Shown: piece after piece, positions 47,523-59,504 of the stretch
Numbering within the stretch: position 1 is the first letter of the stretch
Layout: each line of letters starts with the position of its first letter
NCBI GenBank assembly: GCA_907165135.1
Contig: OU015568.1
Coordinates: 7,502,001-7,566,000, forward strand
DNA from: Oikopleura dioica
Lineage: Eukaryota > Animalia > Chordata
DNA length: 64,000 bases
Direction: 5' to 3'
Translations under genes and position numbers: made by a program
The notes under the pieces: generated by a model
Database searches by the model: none
Seen by the model: only the letters and a program-made list of their open reading frames with translations
What the model was told of the DNA's origin: nothing

Positions 47523-50500
47523 TCAAAAATCCCGACAACTTGACGTCATCATTTTGTCATTGATTTTTGATGAATGATGAACTTTATTACAAAACAGATA
47601 AATATAAAGAGGAGTGGTTTTGAATAAATAACTGGTTCGCGCAGGAATCATTAGGCTCCGGACATTATGGGCGGTAGAATTGGAGGGCCTGGTCATCATG
47701 GTCAATTTTTTCGACAAAAAGTGGTTACCTGGAAGATGAGAATAAACAAATGGTCGATTGATGGCTTGAGTTCGTTTGAACGTAAAGCTTTCTAGCTGTA
47801 AATCTCGCCACTTCTGTAGTTTCTTTCTCAGTGCGTATTGCTTTTTCAGCAGAGCAATTTGGATTTTTCTGAAAATTGTTATCAAATTTAGTTTGCAACC
47901 AGTAAACCTCTGTTCAAGGGCTAATAATCGTAGCCGTTCGGCTTCAGCCTCTTCAGCTAGTCTTTCTGCCTCCCATTTATCGAGCAGAGCCTTTATAAAA
48001 TTGATAAGTCAAAGCAAAAAGATTCAAAATTGATCAGACCTGTCGCTCTTCTTCAGTTTGACAAGCATCAAGCATCGCCTGGCGCTCTTTCTGCTTCCGC
48101 TAGAATTTTTAATGTATGATAAAGATTCCTATAAATCCAATTACCTCTGCGGCCATTTTAGCTTCTTGTCTTTGGAGCGCAATATTAGCTTTCATTTGAG
48201 CTAGATCGCCTTGACGTTTTTGCTTAGAAATCGATCTTACTATAAAAACGCAAGTTGTTTCGGTACCTTGTTGAAGAGACGTTCTTCTTTTTCTTTCTGG
48301 GCGGCGTTTTCATCATCTTTCTGCTTCCGGATGATGCGTTTTCTTTCCTCGCGTTTCATATCTCTGATTTTCTGCCTCAGCTCAGCAGCTGCTTCAAAGT
48401 TTTCAGCAAGCTCCAATTGCTTCAGCTCTTCTTCCATTTTGGCGAAATCAGGTGTTTTAGTCGGAGAATTCTGAATATTCAATTCGAATAGTTTTACCGA
48501 AATATTCTTACAGAAAGACCAAATTGCCCCCAATCAAACTCGCTGCCGTCATCCTTGTCTTCAAGCCTGAGTGGGGCCAAATCCGCAAAGTCGTATTTCG
48601 ATTCTCTTCTTCCTTTCCTCGACTTCTTCGGAGCACCAACTTTTGGGGCACGATTCATTGCTCGGTAACTTGAGGTGACGGAGTTTCTGGAAGACTGGTC
48701 CCGAACCGCACCTGAAGACCTTAGTACTGCTATCAGCCATTCAACCTACCAGCTCTCCAAGGGGGTCTTTCCGCCATTGATCCGCTTCTGCTCAGGGAGT
48801 TTCCAATTTTCGAATGAGAACGACTCATCGACGACTTTAGAACAGTATCTGGCGGTGCAAGTGATGAATCTTCCTTTCTCAATTTATTCTGGCTTGCCGC
48901 TTTTGCCTAGAAAAAATATCAAATGTTAACTCTTCAAGGAAAAAGTTACCTTTGCCTCTGCTTTTGCCTCCGCTTTTGAAACAAATTCTTTCATTTGCTC
49001 CTCGTTGGCGACTTTTTTGACGATATTTCCATGCTCATCGACGCGCTCGACGACGACAACCTTCTTCCTGCTCTGATGTTCTTGAACAACATTTCCTTCG
49101 TCGTCGTAAATTGTGTCTACTGAGCTTTGATACTCGAACTTTGCCCGACTTTTCATTTTGACGACTTTTCTTGTTCGAGCTTTTCTGGCTTTGGTGACGT
49201 TTCCGTCGGAGTCGTACTCAGTTGCTTCGCTAGAAGAGTAGACAGAAACATCTTCGTAAACAGTGACGCCAGATGACTCCGAAAGATCTTCGTCTTCTGA
49301 AGAATCCGACGAGAGAACAGACACATCCTCGTCAGATGAAATCTCCTCATCCGACGAAAGATCCAACGAATCGGAGTCGCACTCATCCGATGAAACATCC
49401 GACTCTCCTGCATCTCGTCTTCGTTGTCTCTCGGCGTTTTTAGCTGCTCGAGCATTGCGGCGCTCAGTTTGCTCTGCCTTGATCTTCATTTTATGCTGCT
49501 GTCTTTCTCGTTTAGCCTTTTTCTCGGCATTGCGAGCAACTTTTTGGGCTTGCTCAAGTTTCTTCTTTTCCTTTTTGAGCTTGCGGAGCTTTCTTTCTGC
49601 GGGCGTTTCATCGTCTTTTTATGGGTTTTTAGTTGAAAAAGTCAATTTTATTGATCAAAATATCCATTTCCTGAGGATTCATCGTCAGCAGGGGATTCAA
49701 CAATTTCACCCCTTTTGCGCCTTGAAAAATTAAACCAGGAATACATTGAAAAAACTAACCTTGCTTCACGCTCCGCTTTTGCCTTGGCTTTTTGGCTGCT
49801 TTTCTTCTCTGTTTCTTTTCAATTTCCTTGTCAAACACTTCCGCAGCACTTTGAAGATCTCTTATCAAGTCTTTTCCTGTAAATTTTCCTCCCATAACAG
49901 AACGCGCCGACTGCTCTATCATGTCGTCAGTAAAATCTACGTGCTTGAGCTTTCCGTCTTCTCCGAAAACGAGGTTGTTGCTTTTTGCCTTTTGCAGCAT
50001 TCTTTTGACATTTTCTTCACATCGGCGACGGAAACTCCTGGTCCCATTTTCTCCGCAATTTCTTTGTACTTTTTGTATCTTGCAATTTGCTTCATCCGCT
50101 TTTGCGCGTCTCAGGAGACAAATCTTGCATAGAGAGCATATCTCCAACGTCAACTCCTGATGCGAGCATTTTCTCAATTTCCTCATCACCAAGAGCGTCT
50201 TCGTCTTCTTCATCAGAGTCAAGCTCGAATCCGTCGACCATGTCTTGTAACTCGTCCTTGAGAACCTCTTTGAACATTTCCAAAACCTTCTGTTTCGCTT
50301 CCTCGTCTTTTGGCAAGCTTATATCCAGCAACTCAGGACCAGGCGCGAGAATCTGAGCAAAGCCCAATCTGCGTTGCATGTCAAGTGGAATATTTCCTTT
50401 TTTCTCAGACCAGTAATCGTCTTCAAACTCGTCAGAATCGTAGCCGGGATCTTGTCCGGCAGCTTTGAGCATGTTTTTATGCGCTCGCCGCCGCTGCTTC

Positions 50501-51972
50501 TCTAATATAAAATTCTGATACTCTTGCGGGTCGACATCAGACATGGAATCATCTCCGGAGAGATCAGACTCGCTGCTAAGTACTTCGCCATTTGCAGCGC
50601 GCATCGCTCGGCGAGTAGCTCTTTCTTCTTTGTATTTCTGCTTCTCCTCCGCCGTCATGTTCTTGTAGTACTGTCTTCGAAGCTTCTTCTTCATCCTTTC
50701 ATAGCTACGATTCTCAAAGTTGTACATATTTCCGGCTCGGTATTCAATGCTCGGACTGAATTCTGGCCGACCAAGTTTCGCCTTGAGCTCCATATCTACA
50801 GGAGAAGCCATGTAATCCCCATAGGATCGAAAACAGAGTATCTCCCGGATCCATATTTGTTTCCAAAAGTCTGTTGAATTTGAGGAACATGATGAGCTGA
50901 TGATCGTTTTACTCCTTGATGCGCTTCTCGTAAAAGCAATTCGTCCTTTCTTTGAAGAATTTGATCACGAGTTCTGAGTCCTGCAGCGATTCTTATTCTC
51001 TCTAACTTTCCAGCGCCCGGGCCCGGATCTGATTTCATGAGCTCCTTCAGCTTACCGCTCGGTCGAAAGAAAAGAGAGTGTTTTTGAAGTTGTTTAAAGC
51101 TGCTCTTGTGAGCTGGCTCTTCTTCAGCGATAGACGGCAGGAAAATTTCAACATTCGAGCGGAGCGGTTGTTTCTCAATATCTCTTCGTTTCAAGCCCCC
51201 AAATCCAGCACCAAGCGGTGGGACGCGTCGCGCTCTCTTTCTTGATTTTCTCGGAGGTCGGGGACTTTTATTCAAGCCCAAATGCTCGAGGAGATTTTTC
51301 ATCGCATACTGAAGAAAATAATAAATTCATTAGCGTCGAAAAAAAACAGGTAAATACAAGATAATGCCATAGTTACGAATCTGAACGTTCGAAAATGTGA
51401 AAATCTGACATGCGCTTTCAAGAAATTGGCATGTTGAGACAACTGTCTTATTTCGCTTTTCTCAGCAAAATGATAGTTTCTTACTTTCATTGTAGGCCGC
51501 TTTCTCAACTTCTTCTCATGGGATAAAGTCGTCCAATCCAGTCGCCAAGTATCTTGGTACGCCGTCCAGAGGACTTCCTTGATCACTTCATATTGCGCTT
51601 TTCTCGGTAGTTTTTCGTAGTGCAGCCGCTCCAGAGCCCCTCCCGGACCCAGCAACTCCATGAGCTTGATAAGCGGCACTTAAAAATTTCCACACTCAAT
51701 ATTTACAGTTGCATCTTTATCACAAGATCAAAAAATATTTTGCAAAAATATTTCCTACCTGCTTGGTTTTGGATGAATCTTTCACTATGGAAGAGATTTC
51801 GCGTCACGAAAATGCTGTCAATGGCCGTCATCTTCAATATATTATCTCCTGCTTGTTTACTATAAATATAAAAAGAAACCAAAATGCATCAGGAGACAAA
51901 ATGCTCAGAATATTTGCACGGGGTCTTTCGGCCGCGTGAAATCGTACCCACAGGCATTGTTGGAGCAGCCAT
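47523..51972 (-). CDS. Large uncharacterised charged, low-complexity and coiled-coil protein, multi-exon
   Basis: ATG at 51972 (MAAPTMPV|VNKQEII..); chain of minus-strand ORFs from 51299 down to 48240 with K/E-rich and S/D/E-rich tracts; 3' end uncertain. Confidence 0.55.
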
Positions 51973-51999
51973 TATACCAAAAGATAAAAGTGCATTTAA

Positions 52000-52755
52000 G
52001 GGTAATGGTATACATCGGCGCGGCGCCGCTCGCTCGATCCGCGCTCCGCAAGAACCTATTTCTCACGAGGCCGTAAAATCTGAACGGATCGAGATTTTCG
52101 AGATTCAAACAGATTCGGAATCCTCAAAGTCTCTTCTATAAACTGATTGAAAATTAAAACAATTTTCAAAGAGGAACAATGTGAAAAGTGCCAGTTTCCT
52201 TCAAATGACATTTTCTCCATAATTTCTCATCCAAATTTTTTAAAAATTAGACTGTCTTGTAGAGAATCGTCAGCTCTACAATTCCTCTGTTTCAGATTTT
52301 TGTTTTAAGCTTTCATTAATTTTACATCGCAATTTGTAAAGAGTGCTACTTCTTCTCGCGCCTCTCCGCTGCATATTTCTCGCGCCGCGCTTGGCTCTCA
52401 CTTCAAAACTCTCTTTTCAAAAGAGCGCACATAATTTTGAAAGCCCAAATGAAAAATCTGAAACAGAGGAATTGTAGAGCTGACGATTCTCTACAAGACA
52501 GTCTAATTTTTAAAAAATTTGGATGAGAAATTATGGAGAAAATGTCATTTGAAGGAAACTGGCACTTTTCACATTGTTCCTCTTTGAAAATTGTTTTAAT
52601 TTTCAATCAGTTTATAGAAGAGACTTTGAGGATTCCGAATCTGTTTGAATCTCGAAAAAATCTCGATCCGTTCAGATTTTACGGCCTCGTGAGAAATAGG
52701 TTCTTGCGGAGCGCGGATCGAGCGAGCGGCGCCGCGCCGATGTATACCATTACCC
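52000..52755. mobile_element. Foldback element with ~300-bp TIRs and TTAA TSD (Kolobok-like)
   Basis: Arms 52000-52301 and 52452-52755 are near-perfect inverted copies; termini GGGTAATGG/CCATTACCC; TTAA at 51996-51999 and 52756-52759. Confidence 0.92.
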
Positions 52756-53388
52756 TTAATGAAAAGGGAAAATATTGGTTGAACAGCAATTCCGAAGTCC
52801 ATTACCGCGAAAACAAAGATGTATTCTGACCGGAATCAGGCAGACACATTTATCGCTGTTCGATTTCGAGGAAAGAGATTTAGATTATTTACTAAAATTC
52901 GCTGTCAGACAGGTATTGCCTTTTGGGCGGCGTGCATAAGCATAAAAGCGCCCTCTACCGCGTCCATTTTTGAGAAGATGCGGAGATGCCGAGCGTGCAG
53001 CGACAAAACGGCCTCGAAATAAAGTACCGCTTCTCTCCACTCATCCCATTTTTGAGTCCGATTTCGATTGTCTAACAGGTGAGAATCGTCTCCATGCCAA
53101 CTTTCTCCTACCCCTCTCGCCTCCTACAAGCACAAGAAAACCTTTCATCAGTTCTGACAGCAAAATTTTCATCGAGAACTTGAAGCTTTCACATTTTTTC
53201 TAGCCTTGAAAGGCTTGCAATAGAGCTGGCAGATGGTCGGAAGCTCAAAGCTTTTGGCCTTCAGAGGTGATAAGAGCGCGCGTCTCAATCAGTCTTTTGT
53301 CAACCCTTTTTTGTATAAATTAGTACTCATCCCACAACTATGCACTATCGAGAATGTAAGCAAAACCTCATTTTTACAAAGTCTAAAA

Positions 53389-53960
53389 ATGATTCTAGCG
53401 TCTGTTGATAGAGACGAGGGCATTTACTCGATCCCAGTAAACGACGAAGTTGTGATAAGAGATCAGCCCTGGTCGTATGCTCAAGATGAAGCTAGAAAAT
53501 GGAAACGCCCACTTGTTAGATGCACAGGTATGATTTTATTCTACTTCAATAATTCAATGATAGGAACCTGCTGTTACGCCTCCGTTTGCCCACTAATGGT
53601 GATGTCCAAAACTGCCGAGAAATCAGAATCCAACATCTTTGGAAAATTTAATCGTTCGGAAAATTTCAAATGCGCCGGGATTTTCGCATACTTTTGTTGC
53701 TTCCCGGAGCTCCTGTGCTTTCTAACTTTGTTGCTGCGGGAAGAAATCAAAGGTGAGAAGAAAATGATGATGGAAAAATTCAGGCACATTCGATCATTCC
53801 TATCCGTTGACCCTATTTTACTCTTTGAACAAGTTTCAACTGTAATTCTTTTTCAGACAAACACGACATACTTCCGGCGGTCGGCTATAAAAGAGAATGC
53901 CTGAATAGCTTTTGCTGCATGTGCTGTGCGCTCGCTCAAATGTACGACGAAGTAAAATAA
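53389..53960 (+). CDS. PLAC8/cornifelin-family Cys-rich protein
   Basis: KWKRPLVRC..GTCCYASVCP..MSKTAE, LLREEIK, terminal CCMCCALAQMYDEVK*. Confidence 0.75.
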
Positions 53961-55198
53961 AATTTTAATTTCTATCGCGTGATTTTTTTTTCTCAGATTT
54001 TTGTTCTATGGTAAAGCCGAATTCGAAAACAACTTGTATAAACATTATTAAAAAGGGATTAGTTTTTAGTTTCATCGGATTGATGGTCAAATCGGATCAA
54101 ACTATATTTGCCTACTGTTAGGCGATTTAGCAGTAATACATGCAGCTAACAAACATGTGACTTGCAGACTGCATAATTATCATTACATCTACTTGCGTCA
54201 TAACTGATTATAGACTCTCAAGGACCTTGAGTCAAGAAGGGTCGCTGACCAGAGAGATGAACAAATATCGGAACTATAAACTTTAAGTAGGTTCGATTCT
54301 TTGCCCTTCAGAACGAAACAAACATCAGAAATATCCTTAGAAATCACTCTGACTTACGTAATCTTGTATTTACTTTCCAAATTCATGGTGATCTTTCAAC
54401 CATGAAAATCTAGTGAGTTGCAAGCCCAGTAAAGTTAGTTATCGAACTTCTGGAATTTTCCTCGGCCTATTTCTACCGTCAGTTGCATAATTCCTTGAGA
54501 AATCCCAAGGAAATGGGAGTGTCGTGAGATATAAAGACAGTTTTTATTGAATATACTCGACGTAGTGAATCGTCGCAAGAATAGCAGATGACTCTGACTG
54601 TAAAAACGACTGAAGTTTATGACAGACGATTGTTGCTCGTTACAGTTCCTGCCGAAACTTGATGGCGTCTATAAGACATAAAGTGGTCTTTCGAAACTCG
54701 GGTAAAAAATCAAGGTAGAAGACAATTTATGAAAAAAGCTTGCATTTGTTACAATTTTCATTACCTCTCCGGACGCCAAAATTTACTGAATTCGTTTGAA
54801 TGAGATCTGAAGGCTGCTCCCTTTTCAATCAGACATTCTATGAACGCGTGAAGAACTTACAACATTCAGCTGGTTCGAACCAAGAATCAAGGTCAATCTT
54901 CTCAAATGAGCTTATCAAAGAGCCCATCAAGGAGATTAAGTACCCCGTTCTTCGGCCGATTCAACCCTCCAGATAGAGAAAAAATCATCTCCACAAAACA
55001 CGTCCTTTGACGTACTTATCTGCGCGTAAAAGCAGACGACAGTACAAAAATTAGGAGAGCTAACAAGGGTCAATCCAGGGGGCGCTCGCAAAAGACAAAT
55101 AACGTAAACCCCATAAAAGTGGTAAAATTCGCATTTTGGGTGTAACTTACGACTTCCTTAGTTGAAAAGCTCAAAAATATTTTTCTGATATTATCGAG

Positions 55199-56887
55199 AT
55201 GGGAATTTCAAGTTTTACCAAGGTATGAGAGCTCTTTATTTTTGCAGTCGCTTATTCTTCCTTGCAGCATTTCGCAGTAATCGCTGGATTGATAGAATTT
55301 TTATTCTGCACCGGTTACTTCTTTGGATGGGCCAACCTCGAGAAAATCTTCATTCAAGAAGGCTTCTTTGAATGTTTACCGAATTCGGACGAGTCCTGCA
55401 ACCAGGTCAGAATTGTGCCCATCTGGAGCGGTACTCATCGTTGATTTCAGAAATATGAATTGCTCAAAATCTTCAAGAACTGTTCCTTATTCTTTGCGGT
55501 CCCAGCTCTTCTTGCTGGCTTGATCTTCGACAAATTTGGCACCGCAGTTTCCAGGTTGATAGGAACATCTCTCTTCGGACTTGGTCTTGTTCTAATTGCA
55601 TTCTCGACTCCAGAAGAACCTTGGGGACTCCAAACAGGTGTACCGACCACTGCCATCGGCGCTTCTTTCCTCCTTACTAGCAACTTCCAACTGCCAAATA
55701 TCTACGAAACTGGGAGGACAGCCGCGCTCAATCTCTTCAATGGAGCTTTGGACTCATCTGCACTGTGAGTAAACAACAAACTTCTTATGTAATAATGAAG
55801 AAAGAGGAAAACAGAATGCAAATTTATTTTAGCACTGCTCTTCTGCTATTATCGCTGTACAAAATGATCGGCATGAAACTGACGTTCTTACTGTATGGAA
55901 TCATGTGCGTCTACCAGCTTATCCGAACAATCTTCCAACTTCCTTTTGATAATGTTCCCTTCCCTGTTCCTGCGAATTGGGAATGGATCACTCCATTTGC
56001 CAAGCTGAGGATGCCAAAAAAGGATGTCTACCACGATTTGGAGAGTGAGAAAATGGTACAAACAGACTCAAGTGGATCCGAGATTTCGTCCGATGAAAAA
56101 GAGGACCACCACGAAGAAGTAACCTTCAAAGCTTGTGCTACAAGAAGAATCTATATTTCGGCGAATCTCTTCTTTGTTGTCAATTGCTTCCGGTAAGAAA
56201 ATGGTGATCGAAGTCGTTTTGAACCTATCTAGTGTGTACTGGTACCTTGCCAGCGTAGGAGGCTCGATCAACGAGACAATTCGTCGAAGTGACGAGAACA
56301 TGACTTCAGAAGAAGTAATGGACTTGACCGATCAGATGACAACCGTGTTCGGCGTCATTCAAAGTCTAGCCATTTTTCTGGCCCCAATCAACGGGATCAT
56401 CATCGATCAAGTGCTCTCCAAAACCTCAAACAAGTACCTCGCTGTCTTGATTTCCGTCACTTGTTGTAATGTGCTTGGAGTCGCCTTTTCATTCATGGAA
56501 GTGGTAAGTTAACCTTTCGAGAAACTTTATAAGCAGAAATTTTTTCAGGCAGAGAGCATCGAGTTACAATACTTAACAATGGTTCTCAGTGCTTTGCACC
56601 GTGCATTCACTTTTGCTTGCCACACGGCTTTGATTGGAATTCTCTTCCCTCATCATCACTTCGGCAAACTCTTTGGTGTTTCCCAGGTAGCATGATTTTC
56701 CTGATCATTTTTAACATTTTAGGCGTTTTCCGCCATCGCCTCATTTATGGTCGACTACGCTTTCCGCCTAGAACATGTAGTTGGCTTTTACCAAGTCAAC
56801 GTCTGGACAGCTTTTACACAAGTAGCGATGATGTACCACCCGATCGTTTGCTACCTAGAATACAGGCAACGCCTCCAGAAAGATTGA
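55199..56887 (+). CDS. SLC43 family (LAT3/LAT4/SLC43A3-like) MFS transporter
   Basis: GLIEFLFCTGYFFGWANLEKIFIQEGFF, AGLIFDKFGTAVSRLIG, NLFNGALDSS, FLAPINGIIID, HFGKLFG. Confidence 0.85.
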
Positions 56888-57039
56888 GCAAATACTGTAG
56901 CTTATTTTCCGTTTTATACTGTATTTATCAATAATCTGTGAATATGTATATTTTCTTGTCATTTTTCCTTGTGCATTCCGAATAAAACAAATCAATTAAT
57001 CCGTGATCGACAGAATCGGCCTCGTAATCAGATAATTTT

Positions 57040-57605
57040 ATGGATTCAGACCTCAGTCAATTAGACAGCATGACACTATTGTCATTTGATTTTGATTTAA
57101 ATAAAGTCATTCTTTATTCCGTAGTCGGTTTCAACTTTTTCATGAGCGCCTTTTTCATAAGCTATGTGGCCATATATTTTCTGTGTTGGAAGTTAAAGAA
57201 GTTTTCGAAGAGAATGGAATACTTATATGACTATCTCCAGGTGAGGTTAATCTAATACTCTATTAGAACTAGCTTCAGTACGACTCACGCAAACGCGGGC
57301 ATCGACGAAGATCTGGACACATTGTCAAAGCCATCACTTTCGGTCGATCTTCTCAGCGAACTATGTCATTTTCGGAGTCCGTGGAAGCCTTTGGGTAGCG
57401 AGACCCTGTTGATACACTTTTAAATTATAATCAGAGTAAACCCGCGGAGTCAAAGTGTCTCGCTATGGGACGAGATTGGCTTTGGACGACAAGAATCAAG
57501 AAGGATCAACTCGCGACGGAGAGGTTTCTGTCAACGGCTTCGGGAAGAAGATATGCAGGACTTGAAAAGAAGATGCTCTCTCAAACAATAAACTCTGCAT
57601 TTTGA
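57040..57605 (+). CDS. Small single-pass membrane protein, multi-exon
   Basis: TM VILYSVVGFNFFMSAFFISYVAIYFLCW followed by a basic stretch; GT-AG introns. Confidence 0.45.
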
Positions 57606-58517
57606 ATAAATGTGTCTTCAACGGGCCAAAAACTCGATCGTTTTCAGGCACCAGATTTATTAGCAACATATAATGGATACAGTTTTAAAGACCTTCACTT
57701 GGCCATTCGAATTTCTTCACAATATCGCGGCGTCTACAATTCACCGTATCGCCGTAGATTTCAAGCTCATTATGGTTCCAAATTTTGTTAATAACCATTT
57801 GTTGATACATGTAACTATTTTCAGAAAGAATTATATTTGAAACTGGCCTTGTATTCTGGCAAGCCTGATCGCCACCCAATACGACCAGAAGTCGTCTTGG
57901 GTACTTTTGGGGAGTCTTTGGGGCGAGCTACGGGGAGAGATTTTTTCCAGTCAGGAATTTCTTCTTGAAGATGGCTCGTTTCGGCTTGAACAATTTTCAT
58001 TTCTTCCTGCATCTATTTGTAAATTAGTCGATTGCATTTGCGATTAACGATACAGTACCTTAATATTTTCGTCTTTATAATACTGGAACTTTGATGCCCA
58101 ATGCTTGGCCGCAACATTTTCTTTTCGAACATGATCCTTGTGGATCTCATCAATTGCAACGGGATCTTTCTGGGCTCCTTTCCCCATTTCAACGTAACTT
58201 TTAACAAGTGATTTTTCTAACTGACGCCCTGGTCAACTGCAACTTCCAGGAAAAAAAAACAGAAATGCATTCTAGAAACTGCCCTGCTACATTTTTGACA
58301 ACTTCGTTTTTGAAAAATATCATTTGAATGCTATTCAAAAACGAAAGGGATAATTTTTTGTCAGGCAGTATATTTCAGGCACAGCCTTCGATAAATGATA
58401 ATCGAGCTAAAGGAGGAACAGAAAGAGCCAAAGATCGAAGGCCCTTTCATCTTCACTTTGATACAGGAGTCCTAATTTGAGGAAATGAAATGAACTACAA
58501 GTGGCGTGAGTGTAAAT

Positions 58518-59357
58518 CTAGGCCATGGCGAATCGAGCGGCTCGCGCTTTTTCTTCGATTCTGGGTCGTCTAATGCGCCGAAGCGTTCCATTCGCTTCTT
58601 GATCTTCTCTGGGTCGACTGCGATGTCCGTGCCTTCCAGTTTAGACTAGTAAATGTTTGCACTGATAAGGAAGTATGCGCAAACCTTCTTAGCGGCTCCG
58701 CTGGTACCATTGGCATTTGTAAGGCCAAAACGCTCGGCACGGGCGCGCTTCTTCTCATCTGCCTTTGCCTTTTCGGCAGCTGGGAGGCCGAATCGCTCTG
58801 CACGGCTCAGCTTTTTCTGCTCAAGAACTTCTTTTGATTCAAGCCCAAATCGTTCCGCTCTATGAAGGAATGAAAAGCAGTAGCTCTCGCCTTGAAGACT
58901 TACCGAGAAATCTTTTTGGCGACTTCGTCTTCTACCGGCGGGGTAGCTTTCTTTTCTTCAGCTTTTGGCTCTTCTTCAATGATATCTTCTGTCTTCTGAA
59001 TATGAAATATTGAAGAAAAAAGTAAAGAAAAATATCGATTATCACTACAAATCAACTCGTTTGTTTTTGGTAAAAATAGAGATTTTTACCAATTCGTCAG
59101 TCTCTTCACTCTGCTCAGGCTCTGGTTCCTCAACCTCAGCTAGGAGTTCGTCTTCGATGTTGCCACCGGTCGTCTCGAGAGTATCATTTCCCTCCGCAAT
59201 GGCTTCTTCGATTCTAAACATATTTTTTATTCAAATTGAAATTCCTGCTCTTGTTTCACCTTTCAACAAGCTCGGCTTTTGTCCCGGACACTTTGAGGCC
59301 TCTTTCTTTGCACTCTTTCTTCAATTCGGCGACGGTCTTTGAGCCCCACTCGGACAT
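58518..59357 (-). CDS. SARNP: SAP domain-containing ribonucleoprotein (CIP29/Tho1)
   Basis: N-terminal SAP domain KTVAELKKECKERGLKVSGTKAELVER; repeated RAERFG motifs; DPEKIKKRMERFG. Confidence 0.85.
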
Positions 59358-59504
59358 ATTCAAATTCAACGAAGTGCTAGAATTGTCTTGATGAGGCCTA
59401 ATTATCGAATAGAATGTATTTAGAATAATTATGAAAGAGAGAACTGGCGAATGACATGTCACATTTGTTGGCTGATTGGATTTTAAATAAACTGAACGGA
59501 TAAT

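Noticed and set aside
51884-52829. Plus-strand ORF restored by removing the foldback (..KSAF|NEKGKYW..) and mirror ORFs 51905..52108, 52533..52829 and 52596..52802
   Set aside because: The mirror ORFs come from the inverted repeat. The restored 61-aa frame overlaps the first exons of the better-supported minus-strand gene and has no motif.
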